64,000 nucleotides of DNA from Albugo candida (taxonomy: Eukaryota), in assembly GCA_040437565.1 (NCBI GenBank), contig JBDOQK010000032.1, positions 1 to 64,000 on the forward strand, given 5' to 3'. The notes under the pieces were generated by a model, which saw only the letters and a program-made list of their open reading frames with translations, was not told where the DNA came from and did not search any database. Shown here one piece after another: positions 27,982-39,450 of this stretch. The position numbers and the translations under genes are program-made. Every line of letters starts with the position of its first letter. Position 1 is the stretch's first letter.

Positions 27982-29400
27982 AGGTCTTCAGCACTCCACC
28001 AACCATCATGTTGGGTTTCCGCGCGCATAATCACACAAGCTCCAGAGGGAAGGTTGGGGTGCTGCATCTTGTTTTCATTTTCCAGTGCTAAGTGACCTCA
28101 TACATCCCTAAGGGAGTCGCTGACATTAATAGAGCGTTCTTGATCTTTCTTGCGCAGCGGCTGCTCACCAGTGGGCAACTATAAGCGTTTCAAGCCGTCA
28201 TGGGAGGCAAAGGTGCTCTCGTATTGTGTCATCAAAGTCAAAGAGCGCATCCCTTACACCGGCCCCATAGACGAATATTCTCATCATTTCCATCTAAGCC
28301 CCCAATACCGGCAAATGTTCTTCATGCTTACGCTTTTGTTTCAAGAACATTTGACGATAAGCAACCACATATTCTCGCTCATGATCATCGATATGTATGT
28401 GTTTTTGAACACCAAGGAACGAAATATCCAGGGAATGCATCCAGCTCATCGTCGTCCGTTCTGAAATAATATGTGATATTGCTGCTAAGACGAAATACAC
28501 TCCTCGTCCTGTAAAATGTTCGGGCGCTTTGCATACTTGCCTTGGAGAGACAAAGGGAGTTTGCCATCCTTTAGCAACAATTGCACCATAGTGCTGACAC
28601 AACATGTGTGCGAATTCATATGGCGGCACCCTCAGCGATCAGCTTACTTTCTTCGAGGCGTCCTTTACTCGCCTTGCGCAGACGCAACTAATACAACTAG
28701 CAACCATAGGGATTCCTGGTGCTTGCGTTTGCTGGAGATCCTGATTTCCCGCTGCCAACAGCTGCTCAATGGCAGTGTTCAGTACCCTCTCTGATCACAG
28801 AGACTACTCTTTCTCGTCACTATCTGATGGAAGATGCTGAATAGTTGCGGTCTCCGTTGTTTGCGCTTCATCGTCCTGTTCTATGTTTACTTCACCGGGG
28901 GTGCCTAGTAGCTGATTAGAGGCCAGCAACCAGCGGCAGAGCATCTCCTGCGCTGCGTGCCGAGTTACCAACATAGCGCGAAGGTCTATTCGATGACGCA
29001 TCTGGCTGCGCGGCTCTCAGTGCCGCCAGAAACATTCTTAGAATGTTTTCTGCAACGCCTTCTGCTTCTTATTCTTCAGCGCCCAAATCCTCACCTAGAC
29101 CCAAGGATTCTTCCCCTAAACTACAACTGGCGTCAACAGAGCTACCAGGCTCGGACAAACTACGTTCCTCCATCTTTCGGCGCTTATTTCCACAGCCAGT
29201 TTGGACCTAGCCTTCATATTTTGATGTAGTCTAGTATGACGCGGCATTGGGAAATGCAGGCAGGGAAGAACACAGCTCGGATGCGGTGGAAAAGCCTCGT
29301 TCAGTATGGTTCTGGTCCACACAAGTAATGGGGCCCCTATAAATTAATAAAATTTTCAAAATTTGGCCACCCAACTCACCTATTCATGGTTATAAATGCC
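27982..29400 (-). mobile_element. IS630/Tc1/mariner-related transposon, copy 3 (5' half, runs into a gap)
   Basis: HIDDHEREYVVAYRQMFL, VSDSL and QHDGWWSAED motifs. Confidence 0.8.
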
Positions 29401-30099
29401 TTGCACCTTATGTTATTTAAGATAGCCTAGGCAACTAGAGAAGTCAGTCTAATTTTAGTAATGTCGACACCTCCAACTGAAGCAGTAAAACAGCTACCTT
29501 ATCGACCAATCATATTAATTTTAGACAAATGAGCCAACTAGAGGTATTTTGTCGGTGCAATTAGTCAATACTCATGTGGCGATAGTCGAAACGTCTGTGG
29601 CAATAGGCACACCCTTACTAAAATTGGACGTAAATGACTTCTTGACTTCTATTTTAGTTAGAAATGTAAAATTATTTTTTTCAACAAAATTGTGGGAGTA
29701 ATAAGATAAGTAGGTATGATGTAATCGAAATAGAAATGTAATTAAAAAAACGTTGTGGGGATAGCAATACCAAAAAAAGGGAACGTTATTCAGCCCCCAC
29801 CTTTTCTATAATCATCCCCCAGCCTCCATAAATTCATGGGAATTGTAGCCTTTGGTTGGTTTAAAGAAATATAACAGAATAAATAAAATTAAATTACGGA
29901 ATCGTTATCCAGCCCCCACCCTTATTGAAATTAGTAGAAAGTGTGGCCTCTGATTGGTCTGGATAAGTGCAACGGAATAAATACAATGGAATTGAACAAA
30001 AAAACTTCGATTTCTGCAATTTTGTACGACTTAATCCAAGTCTGTATCCAAATCTAGTGCTGCAGGTGTTGCTGGTGTTGTTAGTGCTCTTGGTGCAAC

Positions 30100-31700
30100 T
30101 ATAGATTCTTGACGGTAGCTTCTTGCATTGTGGCCTGTTTTTTTTCATTTCCGACATCTTCGGCGACGCATATGAGCATCAGAAGCAGAAGTAATATGCT
30201 CGAGCTTCGATGGAAGTCACTGCGTTGAGCTCGATGGCCTACCACGCGTGCGCACTTGCACAGTATCGCGAATTTCTATCTCTGGGACTGCCAGGATATA
30301 GTCTAGCAGTAAACGCTTACGATGATTGGAAGCATCCTTATACTCATCAGTAATTCTTTTTAATGCTTTCTCAATTCCAACTGGCATGGTTCCAGCCTCA
30401 ATGTGAACTGGCATTGATTGTACGTACACCAATGCGAATCAAAATCATTATCAGACAGCGGCATTACTTGTTGACGAAAAACATAAGCGCATGGATATCC
30501 CATTCTAGATGTCAACAAGCCTACAAGTAAATTGAAGTTGCAGGAGATAACAGTGCGATTCATATATTTTTTGTTTGTTCCGTTGCATCTATTCAGACCA
30601 ATCAGAGGCCACACTTTCTATTAATTTATGAAGGGTGGTGCTGGATAACGATTCTCGTAATTTTATTTTATTTGCTCTGTTATATTTGTTTAAACCAATC
30701 AGAGGCCACAAATGTATTGTTTTATGGAGGCTGTGGGCTGGTTAGCGACTCCCTTTATTATTTCATTATATCTGTTTAAACCAATCAGAGGCTACGATTT
30801 CCATTAATTTATGGAGGNNNNNNNNNNNNNNNNNNNNNNNNNNNNNNNNNNNNNNNNNNNNNNNNNNNNNNNNNNNNNNNNNNNNNNNNNNNNNNNNNNN
30901 NNNNNNNNNNNNNNNNNTCACCAGAACGTCTGGAGTTTGTACCAACATGTTTCGCAACTGCTCAAGTGCCCAGATATAATCTGCCTTCTCCCCCCTAATA
31001 GAAATGCAAAGGCGAAGTAAAATGTTGAGTTATTCACGTTCGTCTAACAATGCTCAGCAGAGGCATCCTAAATCTGTTCGTTTTGTACGTACAATCCAAG
31101 AGAAGAATCCCGCAATACCGGCGAGCTAAACGGATGGATGTTGGATGGGCCATGAACAAATGTGTGACGCGCCCATCACCGGTGGTTTTAACAATATACG
31201 TCCACGTGCTCGATGTGAGTTCATCCATCAAAGCCTGGATCGGGGACCTGCCAGCTAGTTCCTTCAGACGACATTGCGCTTTGGCGTTGTGGAAGGTTTT
31301 CGTCGTAGCCAGAAATTCGGGAAATTCACGACGTAAAAGAGTTAACCCCTGACGTGCGAAGACTCCAGCTGATTCGAGTTCCTGTACGCGGCCCTTTTCT
31401 TCTTCAGTCATTCTTCGGCATCCTGGGTGGCTAGTCATACACTCTGAAGGTTCATGATTGTGCTGGATGTTGCACATTTTGACCTTCCAGCAACCATCTC
31501 CGTTTTTCTTTCCAAATGCCTCCCAAGGACACCCCTGCACTCTGCTTCCTGTTTTTCGTGTCTTTCCCTCAACGTTTCCACCAGAGCGTCTCCTATACTC
31601 CCGACCAAGATCACAAGCAAGCAAAACTCGTCTGTCTCCATCTGAACGCTTTATTGACACCCCATAGCCAGACTCGCGATACAGGTGGCGAACGTGTTCA
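30100..31700 (-). pseudogene. MULE/FAR1-type transposase fragments
   Basis: LACDLG...GCPWE...HNHEP and LLLDCTYKTNRFRMPLL (ORF 31034-31660). MGYPCAY (SWIM) and RTRGRPSSST lie at 30.2-30.5 kb. Confidence 0.88.
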
Positions 31701-31945
31701 ACATGAGATCACAACGAGTGGCAAAAGATTGGTTGCAATTGATGAAATAGGACATTGATAAACGTGGGTGGAAATAGTAAAAAGTTGGGTGTAAATAACG
31801 CCGTAATCTGATTGGTCAGAAAGTCATATTGGTGTGGTAGTAGCATCATAATCTGATTGGTCAAAAAATTTACATCGGTGGGTGGAAATAGCAAAAAGAT
31901 GGGTGGAAATAGCAATTCCCTTTATTTATTCTATTATATCTGTTT

Positions 31946-32008
31946 AAACCAATCAGAGGCTACCATAAACCAATCAGAGGCTACCATAAACCAATCAGAG
32001 GCTACCAT
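31946..32008. repeat. 3 x 21-bp perfect tandem repeat within a MULE TIR
   Basis: AAACCAATCAGAGGCTACCAT at 31946, 31967 and 31988. Confidence 0.95.
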
Positions 32009-32099
32009 TCCCATTAATTTATGGAGGCTAGGGGCTGATTACAAAAGAAAATGAGGGCTTAACCATTCCCAAAAAATAGAAAACGCAGGTCACGGAATG

Positions 32100-35000
32100 A
32101 GAGAGTGAAGGGATATCATTACTCCGCTTATGTGGTGTGAAGCTGGCACAAATATCGGAGACGACTTATTATTTGTTACAAGGTACAGTACCATGACAGT
32201 TGATGTCGTATTCGGGCCAAATGGTAGATTTCTTTCAGATTGAAAGTATGACACTCCAATTGCCTGATCATACATACTCGTGGTTACATAACGGATGTAT
32301 AAAGTCGGCGCTGACGACAATAGTGCGACCTGCACACCGTTCACAGGCCGACGCTGATGGGTAGCCACTGCGTGAAGCCCATGCCGACTTTGGCCACTCA
32401 CACGTAACGCAATCGTTATAAGTGCCTCTATAACATAATATGTAGTGATGGCACGGGCAACGTACAGACAGCCTTCTCATTCAGCACACCGTTTGCCGCT
32501 ACATCATTATGTTCGAGCTTTCGCGCGCAAAATTTTTGGGGAACTTGCCTATCTCTCAGCTAGACACAGATATTGCTTTTTGATCCAGGATGTAAGTGCG
32601 GGCGGACACATACGCTACTTTCTGCAAGCCAAAGGGATGCGTTCTGACTACGAACTTTACATGCAGCCGCATGTATGGAATAATCATCGACTTAACGCTA
32701 ACGTAACGAGTATCCTGCCTTGACAGCAGCGCATTGTAAACAACCACACTTTAGCCCGCTGATGGCAGCGTTTGAAAATTTGCACCCGGGAATGAGGTCG
32801 GAATGGACTTGAATGGAACTCCTCACCGCTAAATCATTAGTACACATGATGTCTGCATCTGACCCCACCACATAAAAATTACGAATGACAGAACTGAGAT
32901 GCCAGCTACAATCATCCAGTTCCCAAAAATACAACCCCTGATTATCGGAGTCAGTGTTGCAAGGAAAGCATTACAGCGATATGAAATGTTTCTTGTCATC
33001 GGTCTCACGAGTTTGTGACTAGAATTTTGATGCGTACCAATTGTAGTACCCGATAGTCAACTTCATGAATAGTTATTGTGCCCTATATCCTCTTCCACAC
33101 GGATGTGTTCAAGTTGATGCTAATAATGGCCATTTATTACTATCCCAAGTAGATCAAGTACGGCTGCAGATCCCACAGCCGAGGTGGCTCGGTGTAATGA
33201 CCTACGGTGCGCCAAAAACGATGAATGATGGAGAACATGATGGTATGCCACCGATGGGACTCGAAGCAAAAGTTTCATCGTATCCCTCAGGGGATGTCAG
33301 ATTTACATTGCATATGGTTGTTAGCATGTTCTCATTACGCAGCGGGACTATTTGGTTTGTTAAAATATTAAAACCACCAAAATGAAAGGAGAACAGGTTC
33401 ACGGTATGCAAACTACCTTAGTATGCTTTGGTCACGTCACTACATACCTTCTATTCATGAAATTACTCCAACTTGACGAGGAGTTTGATCAATGATGTGA
33501 GATCCCAGGAAATCTCAAACGCAATCATGAACGCACAGTAAGGAGAGATTATGACGTGTTATCTAATTTCATCATTCGATGGAGATAAAGTATGCGCAAA
33601 GTAGTTGGACTGAAGCTTTGTACGTGAATATACATGCTACTTGCTCCGGTCTGTAGTCGCGTTGGAGCAACTTAATGTGCTACAGTAATAGAAAACGTTC
33701 ACGACAGGCGAATTTTGCTGACCGTACTTTGNNNNNNNNNNNNNNNNNNNNNNNNNNNNNNNNNNNNNNNNNNNNNNNNNNNNNNNNNNNNNNNNNNNNN
33801 NNNNNNNNNNNNNNNNNNNNNNNNNNNNNNNCTACTTTCTGCAAGCCAAAAGGATGCGTTCTGACTACGAACTTTACATGCAGCCGCATGTATGGAAGAA
33901 TAATCCTCGACATTACGCTAATATAACGAGTATTCTGCCTTGACAGCACGCGCATTGTCAACAACCACTCTTTAGCCCGCTGATTGCAGCGTTTGAAAAT
34001 TTGCATCCGGGAATGAGGTCGGAATGGACTTGAATGGAACTCCTCACCGCTATATCATTAGTACACATGACTAATGTGTGCATCTGACCCCACCACATAA
34101 AAATTACGAATGACAGAACTGAGATGCCAGCTGCAATCATCCAGTTCCCGAAAATACAACACCCTAATTATCGGAGTCAGTGTTGCAATTAAAGCATTAC
34201 AGCGATATGAAATGTTTCTTGTCACCGGTCTCACGAGTTTGTGACTTGAATTTTGATGCGTACCAATTGTAATACCGGATAGTCAACTTCATGAATAGTT
34301 ATTGCCCTATATCCTCTTCCACACGGATGTGTTCAAGTTGATGCTAAGATATCGAGCCCATTGAAACAAATGATGGCCCGTTTACTACTAGCCCAAGTAG
34401 ATCAAGTACGGCTGGAGATCCCACAGCCGAGGTGGTTCGGTGTAATGACCTACGGTGCGCCAAAAACGATGAACGATGGAGCACATGATGGTATGCCACC
34501 GATGGGACTCGAAGCAAAAGTTTCATCGTATCCCTCAGGGGATATCAGATTTACATTGCATATGGTTGTTAGCATGTTCTCGTTACGCTGCGGGACTATT
34601 TGGATTGTTAAAATATTAAAACCACCAAAACGAAGGGAGAACCGGTTCACGGTAAGCAAACTACCTCAGTATGCTTTGGTCACGTCACTACATACCTTCT
34701 ATTCATGAAATTACTCCGACTTGACGAGGAGTTTGGTAAATGATCTGAGATCCCAGGAAATCTCAAACGCAATCATGAACGCACGGAAAGGAGAGATTAT
34801 GACGTGTTATCTAATTTCATCATTCGATGGAGATAAACTATGCGCAAAGTAGTTGGATTGAAGCTTTGTACGTGAATATACATGCTACTTGCTACGGTCT
34901 GTAGTCGCGTTGGAGCAACTTAATGTGCTAAGAGAAAACGTTCACGACAGGCGAAGTTTGCTGAACGTACTTTGCATAAGGTCAGGTCGCGACTCAGATT

Positions 35001-35330
35001 ATGTGCGGCATGCTAAACGAGCTTGGACTATCCAGGAATGCGGCTCCAACGTTCATCATCGACAAGATGGACACGACGGAGGTAACTCAAACTCATATAC
35101 TCTCTATCGCTCATCTTTCTATTATAGCGGAGACTTTTTTGGAAGTCCTATTTCTCAGCCTCTTCGAGATTTTTTTGTAACGACACGAAGCATCAGCATG
35201 CATGACCAACAAACGTCATACCGTCATACGAGCTGTCTGGGGTGCGATTCTAGTGAGCGTATTGTTTTCGAAATACAGCGCTTATATTTCGCATGTTCAA
35301 AGTGTGAAATATAGCCCACCGCAACAGAGA
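32100..35330 (+). pseudogene. Decayed paralogue of the Cys-module secreted protein, with its middle present in two diverged versions
   Basis: EYTCYLLRSVVALEQL resembles EHYIVYLLRSSKQMEKI, and HTSCLGC near the end resembles NPQCLAC. No TE motifs. Boundaries are uncertain. Confidence 0.5.
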
Positions 35331-35364
35331 GTTGTAATTCATATTTGTGTTAGTAAGAGGCATC

Positions 35365-37642
35365 TCATATATACCTATTGCTCTTTTTCGTGTACAACTC
35401 ATTTAGCAAAAGCCCCACATTCTCTCCCATGATTCTTTTATTGAATTGTGGATCGTCAAGGTGGTACACTATCTCTATTGACGAAAGTTGTCGCCATTTA
35501 TGGGTTTTCACGTAATCGAACTGTGTAAAGGATACGAACTCACAACCACAGTGCCAATCATCATGTTGTGATGCAAACATCAATACGTAATTTTTCACGG
35601 TTGAAACCAGTAATACCTCGTTAGACAAAGCAAGACATGCCAAGCATTGTGGATTTTCGGGTATCAAAGAAACGAGCACGATAGCGTCGTCTCTACCAGA
35701 AATGGTCGGGAAACTTTCGGCATTTGACGGACTATGTGAAGAGCCGACTTCACTCTTGCCATGACTTGAGACAGATTTCTTCGATTTCTTCGATTTCTTG
35801 GATATCTTCAGTTTCTCGAATATCTTTGATATTAAAGTGAGCTTCGTCGTTTCGTTGCTTTTTTTATCAGCTCCATTATTTACTTGTGGCGATGCTAGTT
35901 TCGAACGTTCATACACACACATTTCTTCAGGAATGAATACAAGCTTATCGAACTCTATGCTTAGGATGCCATGCATGGGAGATGCCATTGATGTAGCCTG
36001 TAATTCAATCAAGGACGAATGTGCTGATAGCTCCATTGAGCCTGTTATGAAGGAACGCTTGAATCGCGACTTCGTTTCATAGTGAGCCACAAGACACACT
36101 GTAGAGGTAGTCAGGGTACTTCGTGGAAATCTTGTGTCCGGGTGTGGATGGTGAGTAGAGATTTGAGTTTCAAATAGCGGCGACGGCTCAAATTGATTGT
36201 AGTAATTCATGAAACAATTACCGATTTGACTCATTTCAATAATCGTACGACCAGATCCACATGTTTGTAGTTGCGTTTGTCCAACGTTATCAAAATTCAT
36301 GGGCACGTACGAAACCAAGAAATATGCTGGTAGTGATGGCACCGCGCCAATAGTCATCCAGTACGCGATATTTCCATCCGCGGCTGCCAAGTATTTCATA
36401 CACTGCAACATATCATCATTGCTATAGAAAAGGCTTGGTGTCAAGGTAACTTGGACACACATCATGTCGGGGTATTCGCTGATCTCTTGTCTTGGAACTC
36501 CCGTGTATGTTTCATCACAGAGATATTCATGGTAGCGAGAGAGCTCACCCTTTAAAAATGAGCATCTAGAGCAATCCTTCAAAATCTTTTCCATTTGCTT
36601 GGATGAGCGCAGTAAATAGACGATATAATGCTCAACATTCAAGACAAATTGAATTTCGGCGATACTTTTCGAGTCGCTTGTTTGTCTTATACAGATTTTG
36701 CAGTCAGCTGTAACCAAACGATGAAGTTGGAATATGCACAAAGATTTACCATTAGATTGGCCAAGCATACTGCTATCCGAACTTTGCAGTAGATTATCCA
36801 ACGAATCATTTGGACGCGCGGTATCATACAGGGTAGAACCTTTTATCAGCTCTGTAAGCTTATCGTTCTTGCAAGGAAGCTTCGAATTCAAATGCGTTAG
36901 TAACTCTGTGCATTCGTGTAAATACGTGGGATTTGTATTGTACATCGTACTGGTCGGTGTTGATGATCCGAGCTCACGTTGTCGAAGTCGCTGCAAGTAA
37001 CTGCATTGCTCATTGAAATTGCAATACATTTGAATCCGTACAAAACCAAGTCTCGAAGCACGGATCGTAAATTTTGCGAGAAAAGGAGTGATCGCGTCAA
37101 AAGATACCACTGTGACTTCCGCACGATTTATCATGCAGTCCTGGCACTTTGCGGCTNNNNNNNNNNNNNNNNNNNNNNNNNNNNNNNNNNNNNNNNNNNN
37201 NNNNNNNNNNNNNNNNNNNNNNNNNNNNNNNNNNNNNNNNNNNNNNNNNNNNNNNNTCGTGTAAATACGTGGGATTTGTATTGTACATCGTACTGGTCGG
37301 TGTTGATGATCCGAGCTCACGTTGTCGAAGTCGCTGCAAGTAACTGCATTGCTCATTGAAATTGCAATACATTTGAATCCGTACAAAACCAAGTCTCGAA
37401 GCACGGATCGTAAATTTTGCGAGAAAAGGAGTGATCGCGTCAAAAGATACCACTGTGACTTCCGCACGATTTATCATGCAGTCCTGGCACTTTGCGGCTT
37501 CATGCACTAATCTACCCATGTCTGTAAATCCATTATCCATCATTGCCATCAGGTATGATTCTTCGACGAAATTACCAAAACTTCCATGTAGATGGCGTGC
37601 TAGTAGCGATATAAAAAATGTAGTAAGAGGTAGTGACTTCAT
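35365..37642 (-). CDS. Secreted Cys-patterned multi-module protein, CHxC/CCG-effector-like, 644 aa after collapsing a gap artefact
   Basis: ATG at 37642 gives MKSLPLTTFFISLLARHLHG (signal-peptide-like), then AAKCQDCM. 36914-37156 is identical to 37257-37499 across the gap. Removing 343 nt leaves an open 1935-nt frame. It is the only long intact non-TE ORF in the window. Confidence 0.8.
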
Positions 37643-38028
37643 GTGGTGAACTCGATTATGAACGAATGGAATAGAAGTCGAATACGTCGTGCAATCGCTG
37701 AAGCTGACCAATGATTGCGTAGAACCAATGTATCGCAGGTTTGTTGGCGATGATGATACGAGTTTAGGTGGTGCACCTTAAACGGATGGATTATCTGAGA
37801 ATATATACAAAATATCCTCGGCATCGCAAGCAATCAATGTTATTGAATAAAAAGTGAGAGGCTAAGATTAACCGAATAGGCGAACTTAGGACCTAAGTTT
37901 AGACAACACACTTTTCAACTGAAACTTCTCAAAAAGGTTTAGTTCCACTAAGTGCGTTGGCTGGTCACCTTTTGCTGGAAAAGGTGATTTACAACATATG
38001 CGCTTACAGCATCGCGAAACAAATACAA

Positions 38029-39380
38029 TCACGGGAATGTTTGATAAAGTAGTTTCTTATTCGGATATATCACTTCGATCGATTTGCGCAAGTTGAATGA
38101 TTGGCAAAGTAGAACAATAGTTCGAGCTATTTTGTCGCAGCAACTTGATAATTCAGAATCCATTCGAGTTTCATCTTGGGCGGATCGTGATTGTGTATCA
38201 TGAACTATCGTTGCTACTTCACGGTGAATGTTGCACATAACGTGTTTGTTAATTCTTATTCGCCACGATTCGCTCTTCAGAACCTTCTGCCGCTAGTTCT
38301 GTGATTGATGTAATGATATGTGCGCGGCAACAAAACTTGAAGTTTATGTGCAAATAAGTTCAAAGATCTAGAGGTCACAATCTGGCTTGAATCAATTCCA
38401 GCTTACTCGGGCAATGGAGAGGATCGAAGTGATACGTCGAGCATATGAATTGATCCTCTACTCAGTCCAGGTGATAAGATTTTAAGAGTACAAGCGATGT
38501 TGACTGAGCTCGTGGTGCGGCTGGAGAATTCTGTCTCCTACCATTGAGGCTGGGCGTCAGATCACCACGGATACAGCATTTATATAAACTAAACAGTTGT
38601 TGTTCTATTCCTCGCAAGACGGATCAAAACAACTCACTATCGTCTTGTAGTTTCAGACATGCAGCGATTATGATGCATTGTAGCTCCTGAGTTATCTTGA
38701 GAACGAGTACGATTCTTTCAAACAGATAGCATGTGCCTCGATCTTGTTCTCCGGAAACGCTGCCCTCCTTTATTCAGCACTCGTTCCTAGTGGGGTAGGT
38801 AATTTGCAAAGTACTTGGTGCATCCTGTTTAACATGTAAGACAGCATTCAGATCTAGAGCCTGTAAAGTTCTAAAATTGATCGCTGCAGAAGATACGCTT
38901 TTCTGAAAGCAGATAATCGAGACCACACTTTCTTAACTAATCCACTACCAAAGCATCAATGGAAGTAAAAAAAACTTCGATAAAGGGGAGATAGTCGCTT
39001 TTGTAGAATTTCCGATTACTCTTGTGCTATCTAGGTACCTTATCTAGATTTGTGTGACACCAAAAAAACACCAAGCTCGCTACTTGAAAGAACGTATCAG
39101 ATAATTGAAGAATGTATATGAAGCATTCATTAGGACCTGATAGCTCAGTTGGCAGCATGTCAATACATAGATCATCCTCCACTTCCACATCTCGTCATCA
39201 GCTTCGTGATAGATTCTAAGGATGCAGCAATAGTGAAGGTAGATCGTCATCTTCGTTCTCATCGAGAAATATCCGTGACTCCTTAAAACAAGCAAATGCA
39301 AATAACTCATAGCGCCAGTATCAACCATGCATCGCTACGTTCCTCCAAGTTGTTCGTCTCCATTCTATTGTGATACTTTC
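38029..39380 (-). pseudogene. Decayed, 5'-truncated paralogue of the 644-aa gene
   Basis: KLMTRCGSGG...NECF resembles QLQTCGSGR...GNCF. The terminal LRKSIEVIY resembles QLSSIEIVY. Order and strand are the same as in the intact gene. Confidence 0.65.
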
Positions 39381-39450
39381 AAATATTTATCGATAGCAAA
39401 AGTCGCTTATGCTGAAAGGGAATCATAAGCTGCATACGAAACGGTTCGGG

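Larger units (their letters stand above)
20400..29478 (+). mobile_element. L1/Tx1-like LINE copy 1 (ORF1 end, APE, RT, C-terminal zinc region, 3' end), interrupted by two DNA transposons
   Basis: APE GDFN, RLDYI and GDH. RT SSPGMDGLPAAFY, GVRQGD and FADDS. It resumes at 26681, collinear with the copy at 46.1-47.3 kb, and ends in the family 3' terminus at 29410-29478. Confidence 0.88.
19584..29614. mobile_element. MULE-like element with TIRs of about 135 bp, expanded to 10 kb by nested insertions
   Basis: 19584-19720 is the reverse complement of 29478-29614 (GGGTGTG...TATTGCC). The 9-bp flanks are ATTCTAAAA / TTACTAAAA (7/9 match). Confidence 0.75.
29779..32070. mobile_element. Composite MULE locus with long CCAAT-rich TIRs
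   Basis: 29779-29980 is inverted relative to both 30575-30817 and 31921-32070. A second TIR type ends at 31920 (GGTGGAAATAGCAATTCCC). Confidence 0.75.

Noticed and set aside
8610-29400. Fanzor/TnpB cargo in the IS630/Tc1-like elements
   Set aside because: No RuvC motifs or CxxC...RD.N pattern, and no room for a second ORF. An HMM search would be needed to exclude very decayed remnants.
37157-37467. N-terminus MRKSQWY... of the listed 700-aa ORF
   Set aside because: It is an out-of-frame reading of the duplicated flank, joined through Ns.
37400-37642. RXLR effector assignment
   Set aside because: There is no RxLR-dEER after the leader. The N-terminal signature is CxxC.
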